Shown here: one piece after another, positions 7,083 to 16,929 of the stretch | How positions within the stretch are numbered: the stretch's first letter is position 1 | Layout: every line of letters begins with the position of its first letter | IMG/VR virus record: IMGVR_UViG_3300031992_000012 | Coordinates: 32,001 to 96,000 of that record | Length of the DNA: 64,000 bases | From: a virus | Taxonomy: Duplodnaviria > Caudoviricetes | Direction: 5' to 3' (one strand) | Position numbers and translations under genes: made by a program | Notes under the pieces: model-generated | Databases searched by the model: none | Told to the model about the DNA's origin: nothing | Seen by the model: the letters and a program-made list of their open reading frames with translations, nothing else

Positions 7083-10000
7083 ATGGAAGAAATCAGATTC
7101 TTTAGGAAGCGGTCCGGCCGTCTCGTGAACTTCAAACTGCAGAAGATTGCGGACGCGGTCGGGAAAGCCCTCGTCGAGGCGTGCGCAGCGTCGGGGAAGT
7201 CATTGGATGTCAAGGCCGTTTCCACGGCAATCGCCGAAAAGGTAAGGGCGTTGCTGGATGACAAGGACTCGCAGTTTTTCGTTCAGCCGGACAGGATGGG
7301 TTCGCGGGTCCCCCATCTGGAAGGCGTGCAGGACGCGGTTGTCAGCGTCCTCAAATCATCGCATGAAGATATAGAGGGGTATGACGCGAACATGGCCGAG
7401 CTCACGGGCCGTCTGTACGCCGACTACCGGAAGAAGAGGGACGAGGCCAGGAAGCAGCTCAAAGTCCGCAGCAGCAAGGACAACGCCGATGTGACTGACA
7501 AGGCCCTTCTCCTTGGGGACAGCAAGAACGTCCTCAACGGGTGGGACCGCGAGCGCATAGTCTCCGATCTCAAGGAGCACAACGTCGACGACGAAATAGC
7601 CGAGAAGGTCGCAAAGGAGACAGAAAGCGCTCTCCTGAAGACCGGCCTGTCTAGTGTGTCGTCCGACCTTGTCTCCGAATTGGTGAACAGTGTCATGGCC
7701 GACAACGGTCTTCCCATAAGACTCGCCGCCGGGAAGGGATACATAGTCGACAAGGATTTCGTCGAAGGGCTTATCAAGGAGAAGTCCGTAGAGAACAGCA
7801 ACATCGTCGGCAACAACCCTGAAGCGGTGGCCTTTGACATTGCCAGCAACGTTTTCAAGCAATACGCCCTTGACAACGTTTTCTCGAAGGACATCGGGGA
7901 AGCTCATATGAGGGGAGCAATACACCTTCATGATTTAAACTTTGTCATACGTGGCTACTGTGGTTCCCACAGCATCGAATACATCAAGAAGTGGGGGCTG
8001 AAGGGTCTGGTAAACCTGAACACGGAAAGCAAGCCTGCCAAGACCGCATCGGTCCTGACCGGCCATCTGAACACGTTCCTGGCTTCCATGCAGGCTTACT
8101 ACGCCGGAGCGCTGGGCCTGGGGTATCTTAACGTCCTCTATGCTCCGTTGATGACGGGAATGGACGACAAACAAATGCACCAGGTGGCTCAGGAACTTGT
8201 GTTCAACGGTTCTCAGAATGCGTTCAGCCGTGGTGGTCAATCACTGCATCCTTCCGAACCTATATGGATTAAAAAGGATGGTAGATATAAGAGTGTCCTT
8301 ATTGGTGAGTTTATCGACGAATATCTTGCCAGAAGGGCAGAGGCTGTTGAGAAGCGAGACGAATACGAGCTGCTCCAAACAGGAGACGAGGGTATCGAAA
8401 CAATAAGCTTCGACGGCCTAAGCGGAAAGGTACTGGACAAGACGGTTACTTTCCTTGCACGCATGCCTCATAAAGGCAAGATGTACCGTATTCACACGTC
8501 TAACGGAATTGTCAATGTTACAGGTGACCACTCGGTGTTCACTTTCCGGGGAAAGCAGGACATAGCTGATGTAAAAGCCAAGGACCTTAAGAGGGGCGAT
8601 TTTGTAGTCATACCCCACAGAGTTCCCCTCAAGGAGGAGAAGACAACAGTAAATGTTGTCGATTACGTTCCTGAGAAATGGCTATCGGTTAGTGGCTTTG
8701 AAAATTTCCTGTCCAAGGTGTCAGCTAAGGGCACCCCGGCAAAGGTCCTCGAGGAAGTCGGAGCTACCCGCTTTATCTTGAAAGATGGAAAGAAGACAAA
8801 CAAAGTAAGGATTTCCTTGGCTAAACATTTTGTTGATGTCAGGAATAGCGTTTTGTGTCTGAAGGGTGATAGCCAGTCGTTGTTGCCCGCAGAGATTCCT
8901 CTGACACGGGAGCTGGGCTATATAGCCGGTATGTTCTGCGCGGAGGGGTATAAAACTCTTAAGAAGGTTCTTATCAGCAATACTGATATAAAGCTTCTGG
9001 AGAAGGTACGGTCATGTCTGGATAAAATAGGGTACTCAGGATATTCCTATTACAACGGCATGATGCACGGAATGACGACGGACCATATAGAAATAGGCGG
9101 TGTTTTCGGGGCTTTCCTGCAATCTTCGTGTACATCCGGAAAGAAGACAAAAGTAGTTCCGGATTGGTTGTTCAACGCACCAATGGTTTGTCGTGAGGGG
9201 TTCCTTGATGGTTTCTTCGACGGTGAAGGCTCCAATAGGAAAGACTGCCCGGACGAATGGAGCGTCTCCAACACAAGCACACGGGTAGTGGCCGGTATAA
9301 GCTTGCTTTTACTGAACTACGGTAGAGAAACATATGTTTACGAAACCAAGCATGACAATGGCTGGTCTGACGTATATGAAGTCCGGGAAGCGCAGCGCAG
9401 AAAGGTCAATCCGTTTGACGAGTACACAACGGAAGAAGGGTTCCGCACATACAGCAAGCATCTGTCAAAGGATGTCAGGGATGCCGTGGAATGGCTCATA
9501 GAGTCAGACTTGTCGGTGTCTATCATCAAACGCATTGAGGAATACGATTATGATGGTCCTGTCTATGACATAAGCGTCCCAGGCACAGAGGCTTTCCTTG
9601 GTGGAACAGGGAATGTGTTTTTGCACAATACGCTTTTCATTGACTTCAATGTCCACAGCGGCGTCCCGTCGTATCTGAAGGATGTCCCCGCTATTGGACC
9701 TGGCGGAAAGTACATGGTTCAGGTCTTCCACTGCGGCGAACCCTTCATCAAGGAGCTCACCGAAGTCAAGGACGAGAAGACAGGCGACTGGGACCTCTAC
9801 CTTGACTGGGGCAACGAACATCCTGTCCGCATGCTTCATGAACACGACGGAAAGCAGGTGTTCGAGAACGAAAACACCGAGCGCCATGTCATGCGCTACG
9901 GCGACTACGCCGAGGATACCGCCCGTTTCGCCGAGGCGTTGCTCGACGTCTGGAAGGAAGGCGACGCCAATGGCCATGTTTTCGAGTTCCCCAAGTGCGA

Positions 10001-12113
10001 CTTCCATGTCTCCTCCGAGACATTCACGGACGCCCGCCAGTACCAGGTGTTCAGGAAGGCCTGCGAAGTGGCGAGTCACAATGGTTCGACCTACTTCGTG
10101 TTCGACCGCGATTCCGTGTCTTTGGCGAGTTGCTGCTTCACAGGAGACACCAGGATTCTTATTGGCGAGGACCGCGACCCGTCGCTTACATGTTTCCGCG
10201 ACGCCTATGACAAGTACGGAATCCACAACAGGACAATCCGTGTATACGACAGGGGCTCGTGGAGGAAGGCGAAGGTAATCCGCCTTTCCGGCAAGAACCG
10301 CCGAATGCTGTCGGTGAATCTGGCCTGCGGTAAGCACGTCTGCGTCACCGCCGACCATGAGTTCCCGACAACGCGCGGAGTGCTCAAGGCCTACGAGCTT
10401 ACCCCCGACGACGCAGTCCTGCTGTCCAGCAGCATGGCCGAAGGGCATCGCCGGTGCGAGGGAAAGGACAAGGCGCAGGTCTACGGAATCATAGCAGGCG
10501 CCTACCTGCTGTCCGGGCATTGCACCTCCACAGGCAAGACGATAGTCGTTGGAAACAGCCTTCCCGGCCTTGAAAACACGTTCTCGGAGACAATGAACAG
10601 CGCGCTTGAATCGGCAGGTTTCGACAAAGGCGTGTGCATGGTCGAGGAGGACGGCAACCGTCAAATGTGGGTCGTCACTAATCCTGAAATCCTCAACGGC
10701 GTTGAAAAATTGCTCAAGCGGACGGAGAACGGCGTATTCCTGTCCGATGCCATATATCGTGAGAGCCCGGCTGCCAGGGCCGCTGTCCTTATAGGACTCC
10801 TCGCGGCCTCCGCCGTCGAGTGCGAAGTGACTCCCGGCAGGATGGAGCTTCTTCTGGAGCAGATTGAGGCTATGGCCACGACCATCGGCGTAATCTGCAA
10901 AAAGCGAGTCGACGGGGATGACGTGTGCTTCTCCTTCGCCCCCGCAAGCATTGGGATGGAGGGCGAGACCATCGTCAAGGACGGTGAGAGCTATCTCAAG
11001 GTCCTGTCGGTAAAGGAAGTGCTGGAGCCCGAATGGGTCTACTGCTTCACTATGCTCGACACCAAGGACCCGTTCTTCACGCTGCCAAACGGTATCGTCA
11101 CGCACAACTGTCGATTGAAAGTGCAGATAACTGATATGTCGCTGTTGCAACATCCTGAAAGACTGAGAACACTAGGCTTTCAGAATGTCACAATAAACAT
11201 CCCTCAGTGCGCATACCGCGCCAAGCACAGGTACGACAGGGAAGGGGAAGGAAACATTGACAAGCTCAATGAATTCTTCCTTGCCGAAATCGACAGTATG
11301 ATGGACATATGCAAGGCCGCCCATCTCCAGAAGAAGGCGTTCGTCGAGACGCTGATGCGTCCCGGAGCGCCCATGTGGCAGATGGCCAAACCGTCCAACG
11401 ACGGCAATCCGTATCTCGACCTGAACACGGCCGTGTACATAATCGGCATGATTGGCCTCAACGACGCCGTCCACTATCTGACCGGAGAGGAGATGCACGA
11501 GTCCGACGCCGCCATGGACTACGCCCTCAACGTGATGACTCACATGTACCTGCGCTCCAAGGAATACACCAAGGAGACAGGCCTGACGTTCAAGCTCGAG
11601 GAAAGCCCGGCTGAATCGGCGGCTCGCCGTCTGGCGAAGGCCGACCTCGCCCTTTACAGGGAGGACGCGCTCAAGGTGTTCAAAGGCACCGAGGACGCCG
11701 CCTACTATACGAATTCCATACATCTGTCGGCCGACGCGCCGGTGGACATAGTGGAGCGTATCAGGAAGCAGTCGATGTTCCATAGCATCATCGAGAGCGG
11801 GGCGATTATTCATGTCTTCCTGGGCGAGTCCCGCCCCACGTCCGGAGCCATAGAGGAGCTTATACGCAATGTGTTCCTGCGTACCCAGTGCGCCCAGCTT
11901 GTCTTCAGCCCGGAGTTCACCTACTGCAACGAGTGCGGAAGGGAACAGGCCGGATTGAAGGACACATGCGATCAATGTGGTTCTTCTAACGTAATAGGTA
12001 TAACACGCGTTGTAGGTTACTACTCTGTCGTGCAGAATTGGAACAAGAGCAAGCGTTATGGCGAGCTCAAGGCACGCCAGCGCGGCAACTACAACGTGGA
12101 GGAGGCGAAATGA
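7083..12113 (+). CDS. nrdD: Anaerobic (class III) ribonucleoside-triphosphate reductase with ATP-cone and two inteins
   Basis: ATP-cone RKRSGRLVNFKLQKI; AHMRGAIHLHDL; SRGGQ|TLFIDFN; spliced SCCRL active site; EESPAESAARRLA; YYTNS; CxxC...CxxC; glycyl-radical loop ITRVVGYY. Confidence 0.96.
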   Translation: MEEIRFFRKRSGRLVNFKLQKIADAVGKALVEACAASGKSLDVKAVSTAIAEKVRALLDDKDSQFFVQPDRMGSRVPHLEGVQDAVVSVLKSSHEDIEGYDANMAELTGRLYADYRKKRDEARKQLKVRSSKDNADVTDKALLLGDSKNVLNGWDRERIVSDLKEHNVDDEIAEKVAKETESALLKTGLSSVSSDLVSELVNSVMADNGLPIRLAAGKGYIVDKDFVEGLIKEKSVENSNIVGNNPEAVAFDIASNVFKQYALDNVFSKDIGEAHMRGAIHLHDLNFVIRGYCGSHSIEYIKKWGLKGLVNLNTESKPAKTASVLTGHLNTFLASMQAYYAGALGLGYLNVLYAPLMTGMDDKQMHQVAQELVFNGSQNAFSRGGQSLHPSEPIWIKKDGRYKSVLIGEFIDEYLARRAEAVEKRDEYELLQTGDEGIETISFDGLSGKVLDKTVTFLARMPHKGKMYRIHTSNGIVNVTGDHSVFTFRGKQDIADVKAKDLKRGDFVVIPHRVPLKEEKTTVNVVDYVPEKWLSVSGFENFLSKVSAKGTPAKVLEEVGATRFILKDGKKTNKVRISLAKHFVDVRNSVLCLKGDSQSLLPAEIPLTRELGYIAGMFCAEGYKTLKKVLISNTDIKLLEKVRSCLDKIGYSGYSYYNGMMHGMTTDHIEIGGVFGAFLQSSCTSGKKTKVVPDWLFNAPMVCREGFLDGFFDGEGSNRKDCPDEWSVSNTSTRVVAGISLLLLNYGRETYVYETKHDNGWSDVYEVREAQRRKVNPFDEYTTEEGFRTYSKHLSKDVRDAVEWLIESDLSVSIIKRIEEYDYDGPVYDISVPGTEAFLGGTGNVFLHNTLFIDFNVHSGVPSYLKDVPAIGPGGKYMVQVFHCGEPFIKELTEVKDEKTGDWDLYLDWGNEHPVRMLHEHDGKQVFENENTERHVMRYGDYAEDTARFAEALLDVWKEGDANGHVFEFPKCDFHVSSETFTDARQYQVFRKACEVASHNGSTYFVFDRDSVSLASCCFTGDTRILIGEDRDPSLTCFRDAYDKYGIHNRTIRVYDRGSWRKAKVIRLSGKNRRMLSVNLACGKHVCVTADHEFPTTRGVLKAYELTPDDAVLLSSSMAEGHRRCEGKDKAQVYGIIAGAYLLSGHCTSTGKTIVVGNSLPGLENTFSETMNSALESAGFDKGVCMVEEDGNRQMWVVTNPEILNGVEKLLKRTENGVFLSDAIYRESPAARAAVLIGLLAASAVECEVTPGRMELLLEQIEAMATTIGVICKKRVDGDDVCFSFAPASIGMEGETIVKDGESYLKVLSVKEVLEPEWVYCFTMLDTKDPFFTLPNGIVTHNCRLKVQITDMSLLQHPERLRTLGFQNVTINIPQCAYRAKHRYDREGEGNIDKLNEFFLAEIDSMMDICKAAHLQKKAFVETLMRPGAPMWQMAKPSNDGNPYLDLNTAVYIIGMIGLNDAVHYLTGEEMHESDAAMDYALNVMTHMYLRSKEYTKETGLTFKLEESPAESAARRLAKADLALYREDALKVFKGTEDAAYYTNSIHLSADAPVDIVERIRKQSMFHSIIESGAIIHVFLGESRPTSGAIEELIRNVFLRTQCAQLVFSPEFTYCNECGREQAGLKDTCDQCGSSNVIGITRVVGYYSVVQNWNKSKRYGELKARQRGNYNVEEAK
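8241..9629 (+). mobile_element. nrdD intein 1 (463 aa) with LAGLIDADG homing endonuclease
   Basis: Starts SLHPSEPI, block B TGDH, motifs IAGMFCAEG and LDGFFDGEG, ends FLHN|T; AT-richer than extein. Confidence 0.92.
10134..11108 (+). mobile_element. nrdD intein 2 (325 aa) with degenerate endonuclease, inserted between the two active-site Cys
   Basis: Starts CFTGDTRI, block B TADH, ends VTHN|C; LAGLIDADG remnants IAGAYLLSG and LIGLLAASA lack acidic catalytic residues. Confidence 0.9.
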
Positions 12114-12469
12114 TAAAGGCTGTCGTTTTCGGCAAGGGGCACGGCTGCTCCAAGTGCGACGCCCTAAAGCGCCGTCTCCATGTGTTTCTTTCACAGGACA
12201 AGTACAAGGACATACAGCTTGTCTTTAACGACGTCCTGACAGAGGCCGGCCTTAGGGAGTTCCTGAAGGCCGAGGTCCTGAACCCAAACCGGATACCAGC
12301 CCTTCTGATGGCCGACGACAACGGCTATATGACGGACACCCGGTGCATAGACGACTACGCGATGTCTGCCACGCCGGGAATTCTCGGTGTACAGACCGAC
12401 TACAACAAGGGGGGCGGAATCCTGCCTCCTCCCGTGATTCAAGAATTGCTCGACACTGCGTTGGGCTAG
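12110..12469 (+). CDS. Thioredoxin/glutaredoxin-like protein (NrdH-like)
   Basis: ATGA overlap with the nrdD stop; VFGKGHGCSKCDAL (CxxC) and RIPALL cis-Pro motif. Confidence 0.8.
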   Translation: MIKAVVFGKGHGCSKCDALKRRLHVFLSQDKYKDIQLVFNDVLTEAGLREFLKAEVLNPNRIPALLMADDNGYMTDTRCIDDYAMSATPGILGVQTDYNKGGGILPPPVIQELLDTALG

Positions 12470-12522
12470 TCTGGCCAAGGCCCGGGGGAGACCCCGGGCC
12501 GTAAAGCAAAAGGAGGAATAAA

Positions 12523-12594
12523 ATGTTTGGTTTTGTTCTAGTATTGGCGATTTTCTGCTCGGCCATGGGGTCGGTATATCGGAAGCCGAAATGA
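12523..12594 (+). CDS. 23-aa hydrophobic peptide
   Basis: AGGAGG SD; MFGFVLVLAIFCSAMGSVYRKPK; stop overlaps next start. Confidence 0.4.
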   Translation: MFGFVLVLAIFCSAMGSVYRKPK

Positions 12595-12818
12595 CACAAG
12601 AGGAATACAACAGTTTGCAGCCTAATGCACGCGTCAGGCTCGACGTGGACCTGGTGATGCTTCCCGGAAAAGTCGTACCGTCCAGGCACTACGGAACCCC
12701 CGGATTCTGCTGGTGGGTAGTGGTTGTCAAGGAAGGGCGCGGGGAGTACCATTACATGCCCGCAGGCGTCGAGACATTTCTGCGCGATGTTGAACTGTTC
12801 AGGGAACCGGAGGACTAA
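12591..12818 (+). CDS. Hypothetical protein
   Basis: Coupled ORF in operon. Confidence 0.6.
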   Translation: MTQEEYNSLQPNARVRLDVDLVMLPGKVVPSRHYGTPGFCWWVVVVKEGRGEYHYMPAGVETFLRDVELFREPED

Positions 12819-13063
12819 TGAAGACTTTCAGAGCGTTGTGCATGTCGATGACCGCTTTGTGGTTCATCGTAGGTTTCGGGGAGCTGATGGAGCATCTGCG
12901 TTCGGTCACGGACGCCGAGGCCGGGTCCGACGCCATGCGCGCGCTGGACATGCTGGACAGCATAGGCCTGGCCTTCCTGTCGGTCCTGTTCGTGGCCTCC
13001 CTGGCGTATCTTTTCAGTTGTGTTGAGAACTCTGTAAAAAAAGGGAAAAATGGAAGAGCTTGA
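12818..13063 (+). CDS. Hypothetical membrane protein
   Basis: Two hydrophobic segments; coupled ORF. Confidence 0.6.
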   Translation: MKTFRALCMSMTALWFIVGFGELMEHLRSVTDAEAGSDAMRALDMLDSIGLAFLSVLFVASLAYLFSCVENSVKKGKNGRA

Positions 13064-13427
13064 TATTCTACGTAACGCAATCTCCGCGCTGGACGACATA
13101 GCCCGTACGCCGGAGATACCGTTTTCCGCGTATTTCACCCATCTGAAGCGGGACCTTGCCTCCCACTTCTGGAGCGAGTACATGACGCGGAGATGTGTGA
13201 AGAAGGTGATGGCCCCTGCCGAGCTCACATCGCTGGTATCCACGGAGGACCCGCGCTATGCCGAACTGTCGGCTATTGTCGACCAGATTCTGGCAGGGTA
13301 CACCCCGGCGGCATACGCCACGGGTTCGCGTCCCCTTATCGGCGGCATACAGGTCTGGGAGCCCGATTCCCTGACGGAGGAAAACCTTAAGGTCATGGAC
13401 TCCTATCTGGAGGATTTGCTGAAATGA
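13050..13427 (+). CDS. Hypothetical protein
   Basis: Coupled ORF. Confidence 0.65.
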   Translation: MEELDILRNAISALDDIARTPEIPFSAYFTHLKRDLASHFWSEYMTRRCVKKVMAPAELTSLVSTEDPRYAELSAIVDQILAGYTPAAYATGSRPLIGGIQVWEPDSLTEENLKVMDSYLEDLLK

Positions 13428-13547
13428 AGAGGCTTCTGAGAAAACTCCGCGAATGGCTGGCGAAGATTCTCGCGCCCTGGGGCGAGGGGGTCAGCACCGG
13501 CAAGGGGATCAAGACCTTCATGGTTGAAGTCGACTGCGGAGGAAACG

Positions 13548-13919
13548 ATGGAAAGGAAAACGCCGGAGAAGCTGGGGTTCGCCCAGGGGACTGACGGACG
13601 CTGGACCAGGAGACGCGGCACGATGACCACCGAGCTGTCGTTCACGCCAGACGGAGTAAAGGTCAAGGTGACCGTCCCTTTGAGGGCCCTCGTGGGTTCC
13701 GTGTGCGAAGTCAAGGTGCTCGCGCCGGATATTGAGGAAGGGATCGCTGCAGTGCAGGTCGAGCTTGGTTTGCTGGCCTCCAGGCTCGAGGACGAGTTAA
13801 GGACGGCCAGGGGAGTATTGCGGAATGACATAAACATGGAGGCAATAGATGTGGTTGACCGTAAAGCAAGTGCTGGCGAAGGTGACACTGTCGGCATCGG
13901 CGGCCCGACGTCGACTTGA
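13548..13919 (+). CDS. Hypothetical protein
   Basis: GGAGG SD before ATG 13548. Confidence 0.6.
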   Translation: MERKTPEKLGFAQGTDGRWTRRRGTMTTELSFTPDGVKVKVTVPLRALVGSVCEVKVLAPDIEEGIAAVQVELGLLASRLEDELRTARGVLRNDINMEAIDVVDRKASAGEGDTVGIGGPTST

Positions 13920-14427
13920 GAAGTTCGCCACCAATGAAAGAAGGACGACCGGGATGTACGCCGAGAAGGAATACGACATCCCCGACGTATGCCTGGACGA
14001 TTTGTTCAACCCCCAGCTAGTGATTAAGCCGGAGGGTACGATGACCGTGTTGCAGTTGGCTGACAAGTTCAGTCTTTCGCTCCCGACGATACGCCGTCGT
14101 CTGGAGGGCGCCGGAATAAAGCCCGTCGCCAGGATACGCAATGGCAGGCAGAGCGTGTATGTCCTTACGGAGGAGGTGAGGTTGGCCATAGGCAACCCGC
14201 CGCCGGAAAAGCCTAGAAAGAAGTACGAGTCGCCTCCGGTCATGGACGAGGAGGAGACGGAGCTGGTGCGCGAGGAGCGCATCAAGAAGACATGGGTCGG
14301 ACGGCAGGGCTATTTCCTTGTCGAAGGACGCAGGCTTGTCACGGGCACGATAACCCATGTGTCCATGATGGGATGCTACATAGGCAAGCAGCTTGGCACT
14401 ATGGAGTCCCTGCATTTGATTAAATGA
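13849..14427 (+). CDS. Putative DNA-binding protein with two HTH-like segments
   Basis: TVKQVLAKVTLSASAARRRL and TVLQLADKFSLSLPTIRRRL. Confidence 0.65.
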   Translation: MWLTVKQVLAKVTLSASAARRRLEKFATNERRTTGMYAEKEYDIPDVCLDDLFNPQLVIKPEGTMTVLQLADKFSLSLPTIRRRLEGAGIKPVARIRNGRQSVYVLTEEVRLAIGNPPPEKPRKKYESPPVMDEEETELVREERIKKTWVGRQGYFLVEGRRLVTGTITHVSMMGCYIGKQLGTMESLHLIK

Positions 14428-14432
14428 CCGCT

Positions 14433-14462
14433 TCTAAAAGAAGGGTCAAAATGCGTAATAAT
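14433..14462 (+). promoter_or_regulatory. Repeated phage promoter copy 3
   Basis: TCTAAAA-N14-CGTAATAAT followed by TGTGGAGG/CCTCCACA hairpin. Confidence 0.75.
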
Positions 14463-14528
14463 TAGGTGTGGAGGAACAATAGCCTCCACAATCGATCGAT
14501 TCTTAACTGTTAAAAAAGGAGGCCCCTG

Positions 14529-15626
14529 ATGAAGGAATTTTTGGAGAACCTGTTCACGAAGCTGAACTACCCGTACGAGGTAGTCTCGGTGCGTGACCCG
14601 GCGATACTGGAAAGATTGACTGACTCCGCCTTGCGCGGAACCGGCGATTGGTACAAGGTGTTGGTCGATACCAACAACACAATCGTCCACCTGTACATCG
14701 CTTTCACTGATGATGTGAACGGGCAGGGAGACGGTGTCTGCATCGTCACCGAAAACATGTATGGAGAAGGTTCGTTCATCCAGCTCTCGAAGGAAGGAGT
14801 CGAGAAGTGGCTGAAGGATTTTGTGGAGAAGCTGGACGTCCTCTACGAAAAATACTTCAACGACGAAGAATTCGCCGAGACTTTCGAGCCGACCGGGGAG
14901 GATAAGTCCCGCGACGAAGAGCAGGCCGTTCCCGCCCCCGAGGAACCGGAGGAGGTCACGGATTCGGAGGCGGACTCCGACGACGATGATGATGAAGATG
15001 ACGATGATGACGACGAGTCATATGAGGACGAAGACGACGAATCAGACGAAGACGACGAGTCTGACGACGACTCCGACGATGAGGAGGACGACGAAGACGA
15101 TGACGAAGACGACGAGTCTCTTCCAGAGGAAGACGAAGACGACGAGGAAGAGTCGCCGAATCCGCCAAAAGCGGAAGAACCCCGTGCCAAGGTAACCACT
15201 CCGAAAGCCGGCGCTCCAGCTCCATTCTCCGTCGACGTCCCGCCGACGGTTGTCCCGTTCTCCGTCGACGCCCAGCCTCCAAAGGCTTCGGCGCCGCTCG
15301 GCAATGCCGGCCCTTCCACATCGAAGATGCCGGTCGTCCCGTCCCCTGACCCTCGCGTAGCATTCATCCACGGTTTGAAGAAAGCAATCGTGGATATCGG
15401 CTTCCCCGGATACAACAAATACAACTGGGCGTCAACCGACACCGACGGAATCATTGAGTTCTCCCCGATTCCGCCGGCCACCATCTGTGAGACTCCGCGA
15501 ATCGGCCTGACGTTGTATTTCAACAACGGCAAGTGGTCCGCCAATCTCGCCGTCGGCGGCGACCACTACAAGTCCACCGGTCCCACGCTCGCCAATGTGC
15601 GCGAGGACTATTGTTCCCTGTTATAA
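14529..15626 (+). CDS. Hypothetical protein with long Asp/Glu tract
   Basis: AAGGAGG SD; ~70-residue D/E/S run followed by a Pro-rich linker. Confidence 0.8.
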   Translation: MKEFLENLFTKLNYPYEVVSVRDPAILERLTDSALRGTGDWYKVLVDTNNTIVHLYIAFTDDVNGQGDGVCIVTENMYGEGSFIQLSKEGVEKWLKDFVEKLDVLYEKYFNDEEFAETFEPTGEDKSRDEEQAVPAPEEPEEVTDSEADSDDDDDEDDDDDDESYEDEDDESDEDDESDDDSDDEEDDEDDDEDDESLPEEDEDDEEESPNPPKAEEPRAKVTTPKAGAPAPFSVDVPPTVVPFSVDAQPPKASAPLGNAGPSTSKMPVVPSPDPRVAFIHGLKKAIVDIGFPGYNKYNWASTDTDGIIEFSPIPPATICETPRIGLTLYFNNGKWSANLAVGGDHYKSTGPTLANVREDYCSLL

Positions 15627-15717
15627 CCAAATGTCTAGTCCCAGAAGCAAAAGTAGGTCCGGCCGCCTAACGAATGCGATGGGTTTGTTGCAACAAAAAA
15701 AGAAAAGGAAAAAGAAA

Positions 15718-16830
15718 ATGCTGGAAAAAATTCATCCCGCAGTGAACGTCGACGATTTCAAGGCTCCCGCCCAGGGCGCCGTCCTCAACCCGTTCGCCCA
15801 GGTCGGCGCGACGTTGAAGGAATTGGTCAAGCCGGTCAACCCGGCCTTGTTCAAGATGGACGAAGAGGGTAACCTCAGCGTCGCGCTCGGAAACAAGGCC
15901 GTCCGCTACGACGCCACGGCCGGCACGGCTGTCGACGTCACCGGCACTGTCCTCTCCATCCCCGGCAACGCCATCCTGGCCATCCCCGGCACCAAGCTGG
16001 AACCCGGCGACCTCTTCGTGAACAACGAAGTGGTCTTCCAGGCCATCGAAGACGACGGCAAGACCGTCAAGGCGTACAACTTCGCCGAGTCGAAGATTGA
16101 AACGCTGTGCCCGACGGTCCTCGCCATCTGCCCCGACCTCCGCGACATCCAGAAGGTCATCTTCGTCTACAAGGAAATCTTTGACGACGCCCTCGAAGGC
16201 ATCATCATGGGTTCCCTGATGTCCGGCAAGGCCATCGACTTCCAGGCGCTGCTCCAGGGCCGCCTCGTGAAGTCCGCCAAGTTCGGCGGCGGCAGCGACA
16301 TCAGCAAGTTCGCCCTCTTCAGCATGCTGGGCCAGCAGGGCGGCGCCGACGGCGCGAACATGCTGCCCATGTTGCTCCTGCTCGGCAAGGACAAGGCCAA
16401 GGACGATGACATGAAGACCCTCATGCTCATCAGCACGCTCGGCCAGCAGGGCGGCAACACCAACATGCAGTCCTTGCTCCCGTTGCTCTTCCTGGGCGGC
16501 GAAGGCAAGAAAGGCAGCCTGTTGCCCCTGGTCATGTGCATGGGAATGTTCGGCCAGCAGGCGGGCGACGCCACGGCGAACCCGCTTCAGGCCATTCTCC
16601 CGCTGGCTCTCCTCCGCAAGGGCAAGACTGAAGGCGGCGTCGCCGGCGGTCTTGGCGGCCTGACGAAGGACCCGCTCCTGCTCATGGCCATGATGGGTGG
16701 CTTCGGCGGCGCCCAGACCGGCAACAACATGCTCCCCATGCTGCTGCTCCTGAAAGGCGGCCTCCTCGGTGAGGAAACTGCTCCGGCAGCTCCTGCCGAA
16801 CCGACTGCCCCTGCCGCTCCCCAGGCCTAA
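15718..16830 (+). CDS. Hypothetical protein with repeated MLPMLLL-G helical motifs
   Basis: Strong C-ending codon bias suggests high expression; repeats NMLPMLLLLG, SLLPLLFLGG, SLLPLVMCMG, AILPLALL, NMLPMLLLLKGG. Confidence 0.85.
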   Translation: MLEKIHPAVNVDDFKAPAQGAVLNPFAQVGATLKELVKPVNPALFKMDEEGNLSVALGNKAVRYDATAGTAVDVTGTVLSIPGNAILAIPGTKLEPGDLFVNNEVVFQAIEDDGKTVKAYNFAESKIETLCPTVLAICPDLRDIQKVIFVYKEIFDDALEGIIMGSLMSGKAIDFQALLQGRLVKSAKFGGGSDISKFALFSMLGQQGGADGANMLPMLLLLGKDKAKDDDMKTLMLISTLGQQGGNTNMQSLLPLLFLGGEGKKGSLLPLVMCMGMFGQQAGDATANPLQAILPLALLRKGKTEGGVAGGLGGLTKDPLLLMAMMGGFGGAQTGNNMLPMLLLLKGGLLGEETAPAAPAEPTAPAAPQA

Positions 16831-16849
16831 CCTGAGAAAGTAAGCCGTT

Positions 16850-16901
16850 GGGCCCCCGTGTACGATCTGCTGCGTCGTACACGGGGGCCCTTTTCTTTTT
16901 T
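16850..16901 (+). terminator. Strong Rho-independent terminator
   Basis: 16-bp perfect stem GGGCCCCCGTGTACGA/TCGTACACGGGGGCCC plus T-run. Confidence 0.85.
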
Positions 16902-16929
16902 AACATTAGCTCACAGAGGAACAAGACAA

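Noticed and set aside
9504-11153. Long minus-strand ORFs (549 aa here, also 11172-12194, 28389-29270 and others)
   Set aside because: Antisense shadows of GC-rich + strand genes; no motifs or SD
14941-15150. CRISPR array or DNA tandem repeat
   Set aside because: GAC/GAA codon runs encoding an acidic tract; no repeat-spacer periodicity anywhere in the window
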